Assembly: GCA_026026165.1 (NCBI GenBank)
Contig: JAPEUD010000094.1
Coordinates: forward strand, 1 to 64,000
From: Sarea resinae
Lineage: Eukaryota
Length of the DNA: 64,000 bases
Reading direction: 5' to 3'
In this document: piece by piece, positions 11,510 through 25,168 of the stretch
Layout of the letters: every line of letters starts with the position of its first letter
Numbering within the stretch: position 1 is the stretch's first letter
Translations under genes and position numbers: made by a program
The notes under the pieces: generated by a model
What the model was told of the DNA's origin: nothing
The model's database searches: none
The model's input: the letters and a program-made list of their open reading frames with translations, nothing else

Positions 11510-14443
11510 TCACGAAAGGGCAGCCAATCTGCCAAGAGCACTTAGCAGGCCTAAAATTGCACAGTCAGCTTCGAGAGAGTACTGCTTTCGTAGATGTTCT
11601 CACCTGAGACGCCTTGAGTCAGGGTAGCAGTTGCCTCCGTATTTCGAGCACGGACACCGACATTGACGGTCGTGACATCGCGGATGACCTCATCCTTTCC
11701 AAGCTTATTAGCCCATCGAAATATCACTTCGTCTTCACGGTCGTCGCCGGCAACCATCAGAAAATCAGGTGTGCCATTATGGAACTTCCCAGCGTTGGTT
11801 TCTCGCAGCCGTTCAAAGATCTTCATGGCAGCGGTGCCTTTGTCCCAGTCCATCGGCTCCACTATTAGTGCGCCATCCACTGGGATTGCGTGGACTCGTT
11901 GATTCTGGCAGGAGTCGTTGATATGATTTGCACAATCGCCAGCTTGCCGGGCAGCGCCCTGGGGGTCCTCGGCGTTTGAATAGTGGAAGGTCAACGAGCA
12001 ATGACGCTCTTCAATCCAGCTGCCCTCGGTGCGTTCCTGGTAATACTCTAAAATGCCAATCACACTTCGCTTCCAGATATCCATTTGCTCGGCGTCTGCC
12101 ATCACCACCCATTCGTCGCTTCCGAACTCTCTCAGGAAATGGCCCTTCTCCGCGACGATTCCTAGTCTTGGGACCCGGCGGAATAGATTGTCTAGTTCCT
12201 CGGGTTTCCTTCCGCTCATCACGTACACGACGTTCTTCTCATCTAGTAGAATATCGTTTAGAACATCCAAAGTTCTTTGAGGACTGGTCAAGATGATGCT
12301 GGTTGGTGACCCGTACGAGGCAAGTGTACCTTCGTAATCGAGTATAAATAGGCGCCGCTCGGCCCTTCTATATTTCTCCCCCAACACACTGACGGATAGT
12401 CGAGGAATAGAGATTGTATCGCGTGATGAGTGCTCATCCCAGACTTTGGCGAGCTTTTCTAAAAACGAGCCGCACCAATGCGCGGCGGTATGATGCGAGA
12501 CGGCGCTGTAGAGTTTGAGCCATCTTCGCTCTCGTTCCTCTGGGCTCATCTCCAAAGCCGTTTTGATGGCATCGGCACATTTCCGATAATCCCATGGGTT
12601 TACGGACAACTCATTGCCACCAAAGAATGATGAACTTCCGGTGAATTCGCTTAGTATTAGAGTCCCATGCTTGTTTTCTGTATACTTGCCATCTTGGCAG
12701 AAGATGAATTCATGACTTGTAAGATTCATGCCTTCTCGCAGACTTGTAATCATGAGGGCTTCGGCAACGGTGAGCAGCGCAATATACTGGGAAAACCGGA
12801 TGTCCTGTTTGAGGAATACGAGCGGCTGATGCGCCAGCGTCGAATGGACGGAATTAACCCGAGTTACGATATCGGAGACCGTAGCATCCAATTCCGCCTG
12901 CTCGGTGGTTGAAGTGGCCACTTGAATCAGAACAACCTAGAACAGATATCAATCGTTAGATCAATCGGGAACGGATGACTTGGCAAGTTACCTTTTCCCT
13001 CCATTCTGGGTATTTGTTGAGGAAAAGCTCGTATGAAAGCAGCTTCTGGCGAACACCTCGTACATGGTCGAGCTTGTCTCTAGCCACTATGAGACGCTTA
13101 CCGCGGAATCTCTCTTGGATGACCTGAAGCCATTCTCCCACCTCTGGCTCCTCTCTTGTCGCGCTCAAGCTGACCGGATCGATACCAATGGGAAGACTGA
13201 TGACATTGACGAAGCGATCTTCGAGTTGAACCCCCTCATTTGTAGCTTCCACGCAAAGCAATCGGCTGCAAGTCTGCAGAAAGTGGTGACAATACTCTTC
13301 GGTCTGGAATCCGATCAAATTTGATCCCAGCATACCCTCGAGTAGTTCCTTGCGTACAGCCAGACAACGGAAGACCTCTGATGACGGGAAAGCCACATGT
13401 AGAAAGAAGCCGATTTGTGCATCCGGCAGCTTCTTACGGACCATGCCTGGAACTAGAAGCAGATGGTAATCATGAACCCAAATGACATCACCTCGTTTGT
13501 AGCTCTTGACGATTCTATCGGCGAAGGCTTGATTAATCTTGACGTAGTACACCCAGGAATGGTCTTCGTAGGCTTTGCTTTTGGGGTTATCAGGGATCTG
13601 GTAGTGGAATACAGGCCATAAGATCGTCTTGCAGTAATGCGAATAGTGGCCATCAAAGTCACTGTCGTCAACAAAGACGGACAGAGAATCATACTCGTTC
13701 ATGAGCTTGTCCTCGATGTCGAACTTTTGGGAATCCTCCAAAACGTCCGTCGGCATACCCAGAGTGCCTACCCAGGTCTTATCTTCGAGTTGGCCGGTTT
13801 TCGAAGCAGCCTTGACGGCATTTCTTAAACCGCCGTTGCCCTGCTCCGCGAGTTCGACCGTCCATCCTGCATTTGCAAAAACCCTGTCCTGGCTTTGGCC
13901 CCGATAGCGCTCCTTCAATTTCAATTTCTTCTCTTCGAGCTTGGCTCGAGCCTTCTCTTGAGCTTTGGCATGCTTCAGGATTGACGCCGGTGGAGGCGAA
14001 CTTGCTCTTGATCGAGGTTGATTGAGGATGCGCCCACTATTCCAAGCCGGCGAATATAGCTCCTTGGGAGTGGGAGACGTTTGCTCGTTAAGCTTGTTGG
14101 ACGGAGTGAGAACCGCGCTAGGCTGGTCTCGGAGGAAGAATTCCTCATGATCAGCTTCGGTGGATGAGGCTGGCGGCGAAGGCGGTCCAGAGGGCCCTTG
14201 ACGGCCACGGTCGAGAATGCTCAGTGGAAGCCGAGCATCTCGTGAAGTTTTGCTGGTCGGCTTACGAGCTGGCAGGCTAGGCTTTCGAGCAGCAGCGGGG
14301 ACATCGAAATTGATGGTATAAGGTAATAGCCTATAGCGTGATGATTAGCATCGATGCACATTCTGATGGAGCTCCTAGTCGACATATCACACGCTGGGCC
14401 AGGTAGGTGATGCAACTCACAACGAGACAACAAAAACCGTCAT
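11510..14443 (-). CDS. TPS3: trehalose-6-phosphate synthase/phosphatase complex regulatory subunit (GT20 + HAD phosphatase domains)
   Basis: Exons 14443-14421, 14330-12992, 12936-11604, 11550-11510 give MTVFVVSLLLPYTINF...WVHDYHLLLVPGMVR...FFLHVAFPSSEVFRCL...REGMNLTSHEF...LDYEGTL...GLLSALGRLAALS*. DYEGTL in place of DYDGTL fits the TPS3/TSL1 type. Confidence 0.9.
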
Positions 14444-17400
14444 TTTGGACGACGAGATGAGAAGAATTAAGTAGAGTGCTGCATGTGTGGAAAGGACGAA
14501 TCAATGCCTGATCAGTTGATCGGTTTGGATGGAAGCCAAGGTGAAGGTACGGTAGGTTAGGTAGATAAGTTTGGGAAGTCAAGGATTTTATGGTAGGACC
14601 GTACAGCGCAGAAGAGAATGGAGAGGAGTTGAAAGAGCTTCGTAGATGAACGGAGACAAGGGAGGTAGGTAGCTGGTATTGGATGCTTCAGGTAATTTTT
14701 TTCAGTGAAGCAAGCCCATGCGAAGCATCCCATAGGTACTATTCACGCACCCACATGGATAGACGGGATGAGTGCTATGGATGGGCCACGGGCGACGTCA
14801 GGTCTCCCGGATTTAGAAGAGAGCGCGACTAACGCACGTCGTGCGAACTTTCCTGCTCATTCCTTGCATTGCAGCCTTCTGAGCTTGTCTTCCAAGGTCC
14901 TTCTTCTTCCTCACATTTAGAATACCTCGTCCTCCACCCTCACTGCGCGATATGTGAGGTATCTTGGCCGCTTACCCAGCCATAGGTACTCGCACCTACC
15001 TGACCTGACCTTGCCTTAGCCTTCCCGTTCCGCACACCTTCATCCTCAACCTACGGAACTCTTCCCAAAGGATGGAAGGATCCATGTTCCAGTCTAGGTA
15101 CCACCACTGACCTGACGCCCAAGGTAAGTAGGTACCTTGGGTATGTTGAGAGGAGGGGACCACAGGCTACTTTGAGGTCCCCGGTACATAGACTCATAGC
15201 TCGCAACCTAAGGTACCTCAATCATCACGATGGGAATACTCTAGAGTATGCCTTGAATGTGTCTGCCAGTCTCTCAACCTTGGAAGTCTCTTGACCCGGG
15301 AATTACCGGCATATTCCAGGGCCACCAATGACCCCTTCAATACCTGAGCAATCCATGATACCGGGGTTGGTATTCGTACTCTACCTACTCCTAAGAGGAG
15401 CTACCTTGAGTACGGAGTACGGAGGAGAGGATGACCAGAACAGTTACGAATGGGCTGGGCTCCCATCGAAGTTTCCGTCCGCTTCCTTATTATCCGATGG
15501 TCCTCTAGCCGCGGTAGCCTGCATCGACCAGATATCCTGGTCTAACGCATACATACAGAACATCAACGGTACATTTGATCCCTGCAATGGATACGTAAGG
15601 TAGCAATCTACGCCGGGGAAAGAATAATGTGAGCAGTGGCCCGCACGAACGGGTACGGAGTACCTAATGGGCCCAGGAAGCAAAGCTGGACATCCTTGGC
15701 CCACGTAAGTCCGTTTCGGCTTCACAATTGCATGCATCGACCCTTGGCGAGGATGCTACCTTACGTAGCACGCTCTCGGCGAGAAAGTCCGTAGGCTGGA
15801 CCTGATGTACTATTATATGGCAGCGGAAAGACCGGAATTATTATGTGTTTACTTGCGGTTGTTGAGGAACGATAGTTCCCGTGGCTGATAGCCATATTGT
15901 CAGTAACATGAAATTTACCTTCAGACCAAGGGGGATCTGTATTCGTGATCGTCGTTCTAATTGTTGGCTCGTCTTTGCCGATTGGCTTACTGAGGACTGG
16001 AAGAGTTCCAGGGAGGTGCATATTTCACTGCAGCACCACGACAATGTGGAGGTGCCGAATCACCTCAGAAACACGGCAGGGATTTCCATTACGGCACGTT
16101 GCCTTTGCTCGAGGGCTGATAGGAGTTTACCTAGACCTCATGTTTCCTCGCCCGAGGACCATCCCCTTGTCTGATTTGCTTCCTACCTGAGGTAGGTAAG
16201 GTAGTAGGTCGATATATTACATAAGGTGGCTACTCTATTCTGCCGCCTACTACTAAGCTATTCGGGAGCATGGTAAGTTATCTTGGCTAGGTACCTAGGT
16301 ACTTACAGGTACTCCGTACTTCGGCACACCAGGTAGGTACCTGGTAGACGAAAATCTCGTACCTCATTCTAGTGATAAGAGGGAAACGACGGAAGGTAAA
16401 CAATGGCCAACTTAGGTAGGATACCAGAAAAAGGTTGTGAATGATAGTTGTGAGCGAGCTTCACGCTGAGCAGTAATGTCTTAAAAACAACACGATCCAT
16501 TTAGAGGTAACTACTGGCCGACAAATGGTAATCATTCCATGACGGAAACGCCGGGCATGAGACTTGAAGATTGCCATATGCAGCAACGGTCATTGAGCTC
16601 TACCAAGCCAAACCCTCTGCGGAGTACCTTTTTAGGGATGACGAACCGATGAAATTATCAGTGACATGCGAGACATTGAACAGGGTGCCATAGGCTGTGA
16701 CAACATTCCGATCCACTCTCTATCATCGCACGGGCAAGTTTGTAAAAGTGAGGAGTTGATCGCATCGGACTTCTCGTCTCGCGGCTGATGGATAGACTCA
16801 GATCCAAGCCTAAGGCGGGATGCGATATGTATGGCTCCTTATCATGCACCTTTCATCTTCCCGAAATCGACTGAAGCTAATCACGTCAGCGTGATAGCCA
16901 GTGATGCTGGTGAACTAAATCTTAATAAGGTAGAGTTCGGCGGAGAAATTCCATTCGGAATATTGTCAACTAATCTATCCACTGAAACGAGCCAGTCAGA
17001 GAAGCCAGCATCTTCACCTAGGAGTTAAAATGACCACCTTTCAACTCAGTATTTCCGCTTCGGCATATATCAGGGGAGACTTTCATGCAGATCAATAATA
17101 CCGAATGCCTAATTATATCTAGATTTGCAATGCTCTTCCTGGACAGTCGATCGGGCACTGAAGAATAATCAGGACAACCGGAGAGAAGAGCTGCTTGCCA
17201 CGCATATCTGCAAATGCGAGAGCGCGCGCACACTACTTCCTGAATCAAAGAGACGCTGTTCGGTTGATCTAAAAACCATCACGTTGTTCCGTACCGATGT
17301 GATAGGTTTGACCGGAAAATGTCGATTACATCGTGAGCATATATCCCACTGCCTAGTAGGTACGGCTCATCGGCAAGGTGAGACCAAGTCAAGATACCAA

Positions 17401-18572
17401 TGGAAATCCTCTTCGGGAGTGCTGCGACTTGGCATCGGTAGAGTGTTTATAGGTAGCTTCGACTGTAGGCAACATGAGATTATGAAGTTATATCTCTGCT
17501 ATCATGGCCTTTCGATATAGGTCATCGACATTGCTGAAAGTGATTAGGTCGCAGACGAGTATTTCGACGTGTCTCATATAGGTAGAAGGTATCAATCAAT
17601 GATTGCAGCAAGCAGCTTCTGGTCTTGGACATCAAAATCGTGCAACGCTTCCGTAGCATACCTATGAGGCGGGTATCGAACCGAACTTCCGTGATGTTGG
17701 CGGGTGAGATTCGATTAGCGAGCCGGGGAGCCACGCTTGATTGCAACGCGAACCGATACCATTTTCAGACGGGCTTCTGACCGGGAAATCTAGCCAGCAG
17801 GCCGTGATAAGATGCCTCTGAAGAGCCATTGAGAAGGTGCAAATACAGCACGGGCTCGCAAGCGACCTCCACCACCTCCAGCGCCAAACCTCCCCCCGCC
17901 CCTTCATTGACCTGAATGCGTGAAACGTGTATCGCGTGAATTCTTGTGGCAGACCTAAACTTCAGTATCTGACAAGGGATCGATACGCCTATTCCGAACC
18001 TGGAGAGATGCGATGCTGAGAGCGAGCGGGGCGAACAAGGCCGGACGCTATTGGCCGCTCCCCGCGTCTAGCCTCGGTATCAAATGATGGATGGCAGATA
18101 ATGAGAATACCAAAAGCCTCGCTCTGTCGGCGTCACTCTTGACCTAGGGTATTCAAAGGATACGGTACATGCCTTACGTGTACAGGATCGACATCGGCCC
18201 ATTCGTGCGAGTCTCGAGACATTGATCTGTTGTAGGACGATCATGCTGGGGTGTATCCCTTCGGACGGATCTTGTTCAGCAATAGGACTAGCTTGTAAGC
18301 GGTGGGCTACAGGAATCGGCCTGTTGATATTTACCCAATCATGCGCCAAAATGACAGAGGCTGCCTCTTATCTGGTTGGATGGCATCTTCATAATGCATT
18401 ATTCAGGTGCTTCGTCAAATCAGATGCAAACAAGCGTGCGTCTGAACGCGAATTTTATTGGTATCTTATTGGGCTGTCACCACACAACAGTCGCCCACAG
18501 CCTGGCCTTCCTACTTTCCCTCATCTCTCTGTTGTTACCATAATGACTGAGAAGTCAAGAAAACACGTTTAA

Positions 18573-19801
18573 TTACGCTTTGATCATGAGTATCTTCGTG
18601 AAAAAGGGTTAGCCTTTGTCTCACAAAAGCGGGAGTATTGAGAGCTTTACCTCGTTGAGAGCCCTAGAGTCCATCGATGCCAATTTCTTCTGCCGAATAT
18701 ATCTCTGTCTGACCGCGTGCCTCCCAGCCGAAAACGTAGTAATCTTCGCCGAGTCAGAATGCCCAGGAATCGGATTCAACAAAGATTGCTCTCGAGCCTG
18801 GGAGCCGAGCTCAATGGCCTCCGCAGACGATTCGGAATCGCTTTCTGGATTTGCCGTTTCTCGTTGTCGTTGTCGCTGTTCCTTTCGCAACCGTTTTGCT
18901 TCTTTCTTCGCTTTGCGCTCCTTCTTTAACCTTTTCTTCTCCTCTTTCTCCTGCGCCCTTTTCGATGCCTCAGACGAGTGCGTTATGAGCTTAGTTTGGG
19001 TTTCAGATGGACTATCGAGACGCTTTCCATCCTCGCCATCCTCGCTTGATTCCTTAACAGCATCATCGATATCCTTCGACTTGGGCCTTCTTTTCTTCTT
19101 TTCTTTCTTGTCCTCTTTCTTTTCCTTCCGCTTCTCCTTCTTTGGACCTCTGTCGATCGCAGATTCATCATCCACCTCGCGTTTGCGTTTAATACCGGCC
19201 GTCCCTTCAGAAGGCTGCTCCTTCGAACCCAATGAATTCTGCTGATCCGCCTCATGTTCATGTGGGATCTTTGAGGGTACATGCAACTGCTCATCACGAA
19301 GCTCTTGGATCTTGTCGCCAACAAGGAGGCCTCCTCTTACGAATCTAACAAGACCCCACCGTCGTTCTGTGTAGATAGCTCGTTGCAGATCTTCTCGAGA
19401 TTTCTGCTCCTTCGCCAAATCCTCATCAGTCTTCCCGTTCAGTCTCCCTAGCAAGCCTTGGAAAGCGTCCAAGCCAACACATTGCCCCTCTGCCTGGCCA
19501 CTGCCACGCTTAGCGCCTAAGCCGAGGTTGTCGTCTTTCAAGGTGACGCGGATATGGGAGGCATTGGCCGCTGTATGGAGATGTGCATGTGCTGCATTCT
19601 TAGCTCCAAGAAGGCTTCCCTGAGTCCACCCCTGCGCCGACATAATCTTGTGTCCGATGGTGTCCGTTGAGCGACTCCATGTGGTGTTATTCGGATCATG
19701 AGAGATTTTCGTACGCCTAGAAGTTTAAAAGGTTAAACTCCGATTCCTATTCAGCTCCATCCATACAACAATACTCACTTTCGGGGACCAGCGAGACCCA
19801 T
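18573..19801 (-). CDS. PXR1: G-patch ribosome biogenesis/telomerase-interacting protein PXR1 (PinX1/Gno1)
   Basis: Exons 19801-19779, 19716-18651, 18593-18573: MGLAGPRKRTKISHDPNNTTW, G-patch QGWTQGSLLG...LKDDNLGLGA, KKE-rich region, GRHAVRQRYIRQKKLA...NEILMIKA*. Confidence 0.92.
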
Positions 19802-20362
19802 TCTGACCGCTGCGTCTAAGTACAATTCAGGAACATATATCGTAAGTGAGGTCCGATCGATGCGCACAACAAGTGTCGTCTGAGCTTTTGAGTAAATTGG
19901 ACAGCAACGTCTCTATCCAGATAGCCCACTAATAGGAGACGCGCAATCAGGACAGCGTTGAAAGAACTCAGGTGGCATGCATTCTCATTGTAGGCAAGGC
20001 GGAAAGAGTGAAACGAAAGAATCGAATTCGAGGTTGGGTAAAGATTAGAGAAATTCTGTTCGTTACACCGCCTACCTAAGGTACGAAGGTACTTTGCATC
20101 TGACGAAGTACTTCGTACTTCAAGCCGGTGCCGAGTTTGCTTATCTAAGATGAGATGGTCACCATCGATAAGATAAGAAGGATACTACATAGTAGTACTT
20201 CAGTACCTATGTCCTTGGATCAATAGCCCATGATCTTTGCCTCAGAAGCCTCCCTCGTACTGTACGTATCTGGACCAAACATCAAGCCAGTCCACTTAGT
20301 CTCTCTCTCGTTCGACTCTCACTTGGACAAGTTTATCTCCCCGTGCTTCTTTCTCTTTCAGC

Positions 20363-21040
20363 ATGGATGCAGACGAGGAGAAGATCCAGGGTGCGGAGCC
20401 TACACTCCATATAAACGCTTCGTCACTGACCCCGGAAGGCAAAGAAGAAGCGACAACTCCGGGCTCTCAAGGATCAGAAGAGCTGGACTTTCGGAAACTA
20501 CTAGACGACATGGTCGATTCGGTGGGTTTTCAGGTCCACCATTTCCCTTAAAGCCTTTGATATCTGTGGGCTAGTGGATGTTGTGGAGCATTTTCTATCT
20601 CTCGCCCGTAGTTTATATCCTTTGAATGGCCTTCATGGGCTTCACATTTCAGCGAAGTGATATCTTCAGAACGCTAAAATGTGCCGTCTTCTCTAGACTA
20701 GAAGACGACGTGACGCAAAGCGCTCCGGTATAAGCGTCGAGCATTCAAAGCATCTAGAGGACAGCCAAGTCAAGATCGATGCATTATTTGAAGCAGACTG
20801 GCAAAAGACGTCAGTCGTTCGCGAACAACTAGAGGAGTTCAACGGTGGTCTGTCCTAACTACTGTCAGGACTGAGTTGCGTCGATCGCAAATCCAAAGAC
20901 TATCCGCTTTGCTCGACCAAAGAGCTATCGTAGAAGCGAACATTGTGACCAACGTCAAAGCTTTAGAGACCGCATTTCGTGAGAGATCACTGGAGCTTTC
21001 CGTGATTTGCTCTGCCCGTTTGGAGGACCTCCAACATTAG
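20363..21040 (+). CDS. small coiled-coil hypothetical protein, 3 exons (~147 aa)
   Basis: Exons 20363-20521, 20697-20809, 20869-21040 join in frame through canonical splice sites: ...LLDDMVDS/TRRRRDAKRSGISVEHSKHLEDSQVKIDALFEADWQKT/TELRRSQIQRLSALLDQRAIVEANIVTNVKALETAFRERSLELSVICSARLEDLQH*. Confidence 0.65.
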
Positions 21041-21477
21041 CCTGGAATCTGATAAGCCCGTCTAGGCTATATCCAAGTATATCAATACTCTAGCAAGCTA
21101 CCAGTCCCCCTAGTATTAGCTTTCCCTGGGGGGCAATAGGTACGGTAGGTACCTAGGGTATCCGCAGTGATACCACACCAAACAATCTCTCTCGCATTCT
21201 TAGAGAGCATATGGGCTTCAGGCGCGAGCTTGAACAGCTCCTGACATACCTACTGTAGCACATGTAACAATTATGATCAACTAAAGAGTGAAAAACGAGG
21301 ATAAAAGGAAATTAAGAATTAATAGCTCCACAATACGAAGGTACCAAATAGTAAGTAGTGCGAATAGTAAACGATGTGTAGTTTCGTACACCCTTAGCGG
21401 ACTCTCACGTCACGCCCCATTAATACAGCAGATCAATGTCATCAATAAGGAGATAATAGTTGACACAGTCTGACTCG

Positions 21478-24258
21478 ATGGCCGAAAGAACCCTGGATGC
21501 TGGACGGCGTATATACGACTCCACCAGTGGTCCAGACAAAAGACGCCGGATCGCTCGTGCTTGCAATGCTTGTCGCGCGCGGAAATCTCGGGTGCGTCTC
21601 TATCGTTCCTCCGATACGCCGTACGACAGAACAGTGCCTTATGGGGAAAGATGCTGAGTGTACCCATGTCCGTTCAGTGCGATGGTAGTCGGCCAAAGTG
21701 CTCAATGTGCCAGACCTTAGGATATGATTGCGTCTATGTCCAGTCATCTTCCTCCGCGAATGTAATAGTTGGCAAAGAGTAAGATGTCTGCAATATTAAA
21801 CTCTGTTCGAGTACAGAGCCGTCGACTTTATCTACCTATATGCTGACATGTATCATTCAATCTTTGCGACTAGATACTTTGCTTCAATAGAAGAAAGATT
21901 GCAAGCCCTTGAAAACGCTGCGGATCTCTCGAGGGGTAGGCCTACGGCCGAATTGAATCTTCCAACACCCTCACACACGAGTCGTACCTCGTATCAGAGT
22001 CGATTGTCTTCTGACTCTGATCTAACACCAGGCGGGATATCGGCCGAAGTTATCGAGGCCAATGGTGACTGCATGCATGACCCAAATGACTTCGAGCGCC
22101 ATACAGATGGCATGGGAGTGATTGTTTTTACTGACGAGGAAGACATCGCATTCTTTGGTAGATGAACCTCCCTCAAAATCATGCATTCAACCTTGAAGGT
22201 CTTGTATATTGTGGGCAGTATCTGATGCTGGCCATCTCTGCAGGTGCCTCGTCTAATATAGCATTCATTCGCCACCTTTCCCATGCGCTCAGTTGCATAT
22301 CCCGCATCAGTCAAGCCAGGCCAATGTCTGAAAACCCGGAAAGTCGGCAGTTAGATGGAGGCCTTACACGCGTGTCGCGAGCTTCCTCTCCAAGTTACCG
22401 TGCAGGCAGAGATTCCTCCAGGGACAGCCATTTCAACATTTACGCTTTACCCCCAGAAGCTGAAACGTCAAGGCTAATTCGGAATTACTTCACTGATACT
22501 GGGTGGTTATTCCCATATCTACATGAGGAGACTTTCCTCGAAAAGTACGCTGAAATGAAAAGAAATAACTTCACCAAGGTTCACAGGACATGGCTTGGAC
22601 TACTGAATATGGTCCTCGCATTTGCTACTAGTACTGCTGTTCGAAATGATATCGATGCCGCAGAGCGCGCAAAAGAGTCTGATACCTTTTACAAAAGAGC
22701 TGTTGATCTGTGCAATGAACGAATCAAGCGTAGAACAAGTCTAGAACTCGGTGAGCACTCATTCGGATTTTCTGTTCATGTTTTCCTGCAAAGTGGAAAT
22801 TTAATTCTTTGATAGTCCAATATATTCTGCTCCAATGTCAATATCTGCAAGGCACCCAAAGATCGGGCCGGATATGGGCAATCCATGGACTGGCCGTCAA
22901 AGCAGCCTTACAATTAGGGCTACACTCGAGCGAAGCCTCCAAGAAATTCTCACCTCTCGAACGTGAATTCAGGAAAAGGACTTGGTACGCATGTGTAATC
23001 TTGGATAGGTAGGGTCGTTCTCCCCTAAGTTTCTTCCTCTTCCCAACGATATGATCGGCTAATATGAGAAGTAACCAGGACTTTGAGCATGACGTTTGGC
23101 CGTCCCCCAAGCATTCCGGAGGATCACATCAGACTTGAACTTCCCGAGAACCTTACAAGCACAACGTCTGATTCTAGGAAAGAGATCAGTCTTTCCTTTT
23201 TCAGTGCAAGGATGTAAGCGCATTCTCGCTATATTCTGCAAGATAGGCACTAAGAATCATAGAACGCTTTATAGGATCATGGCGAAAGTCATTGACCAGT
23301 GCTATGGCGGCAATGTTGGCTGCGACGAGCCGCTTGGAATTTTTGACAGTATGACGCGTATCTATCAAATAGAACAGCAACTGAACGATTGGGTATCTGG
23401 CTTGCCGCTAAATCTACGCCCGAGACAGAGTCAAAAAATACCATCCGAAGATGAGACAGATCTGTCAGAGAAGGCGAGAATCCTTTTAACGTTGCACTAT
23501 CACAACCTTCGGATACTGCTTCACCGGCCAATCCTCATGAAATTTCTTGACGTTGTTGGAAAACTAGACTGCGACAGTAATGACCTCGCCCAGTTGCAAC
23601 AAATAGGAACAAGTAGCATTGGCATCTGCCTTTCAGCTGCCATGGAAATAATTTCCATTATCAAGACTCTGGTGAATTCAGACGGGCCGCGGCGAGGTGA
23701 TTTAGGGGCGTGGTGGTTCTCGCTCTACTATGGTATGACCATAATCAACTGTATTCATCATTCAGCTTATTTGGATACAGGTTTCAACGCTGCGTTGATT
23801 ATCTTTGCAGCCTTATTGATTCAACATAGCGGCAAGCCCATCTGTCCGTGGCCAACTTCTGCCAGCAAATCTCGGAAGTGCTTTGATGATGCCGTGGAGG
23901 CACTTTCGTTGCTAGACAGAGGCAATGAATTGGTTGAGAAATGTACACTTTATCTCAAACAATCTTCTTATGATTTGGACACTCTGAGTAAGTCTATTCT
24001 GCCTGGTATTTGTTTTATTTTGGGGGCGAATATTGAAATTAGATGATCATTGATTTGTTTTTGCTTGCAGTCTGTAAGAATCGTTCTCAAAATCGAACTT
24101 CCAATGGACTCCACGTCACACCGCCGAACGATCTCGGAGCAGACGCTCAACCACCTTATACAACGATTGATATGTCTCCTTTCGGCACGGGCCTTGGAGA
24201 GTTCATGCTGGAGGGTGACGAAGAATTCCTAACTAACCTCTTCATCCCTACGACGTAA
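21478..24258 (+). CDS. Zn(II)2Cys6 transcription factor with fungal-specific TF (middle homology) domain, multi-exon
   Basis: ACNACRARKSR/CDGSRPKCSMCQTLGYDC split by an intron. Downstream exons give YFTDTGWLFPYLHEETF, GLAVKAALQLGLH, REFRKRTWYACVILDR, HNLRILLHRP, LGAWWFSLYY. Confidence 0.9.
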
Positions 24259-25168
24259 AGAAAAACCGAGGGACAAGATGCTGCACCACCTTGCTACGGC
24301 CATAGGTGATAGAGGATCAATATACGCAAGTCCAGAGGGCCTGGGATCATCCATTCAAAATGTATTTGCACCGGCGAACTAAAGTTGGTGAGATGATTAA
24401 ACCCCATCAGCAATATCATCAACGGTTGCTGTAAGAGCTTCTCTCGTCACCTTCCCCCTCTCAAAACAATCAAATTCGTTAGACAAAAGGGGGAAATACA
24501 TGATGAATCATGGCGCAGATGTTGGCCTTGCATGCGTAGAACAATCGAGATATATCATTAGATCGAGGCCATGTATTATTAACCAAAGCTCGAATTTCGT
24601 TGTGAGAGAATTCTCAAAGGAGATGGCGTTCTCTACGAGTTTCGTACGCCATCCTCACGGCAAACCCTGATTATGGGGTGGGGCCGGAAGACTGACGGAA
24701 GACAACGGCAGCCGATGCTTCCCCGGAATAGCCTGCAGGGGCAGTACGGAGGTACTTGGACAGACCACTCTCAGCACATCCCACACTCGACGCCCACATC
24801 CGTCCTCTCCCAAGTCCGACCAAAATCAGGCCAGCGAGCGAACCCCGGAAAATAGAGTGCCAAGTACTGCGAGTCGCTTGCTTGCTTTCTTTCTTTCTTT
24901 CTTTCTTTCTTTCCAGTCTACATAGAAGCCGGGGCCGGCATGCAGATGAAAAGGGCACAAGAATTCATTCAACCCAGCCCAAAATACTCTTTGTTTTGCA
25001 CGAGACATTAAGGCATCAATTCAGAGAGCTAATGCGCATCTATTGTATTGCATTTCAAGAGGAGACTTGTGCACAGTAGTAGAGAGTCGAAACATCTATA
25101 TGACAGGAATACGACCAAATATGACGTCCCAGTCCCATCTCTTTCCCTTTGCCTAGACTTTTGAAGAT

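Noticed and set aside
17660..17740. tRNA-like GGTTCGATAC T-loop on the minus strand
   Set aside because: The T-stem does not pair, and no acceptor stem or cloverleaf could be built.
15300..18500. Possible gene or pseudogene between TPS3 and PXR1
   Set aside because: Only short ORFs without recognisable motifs or a convincing splice chain. Cannot be supported without BLASTx or RNA-seq.
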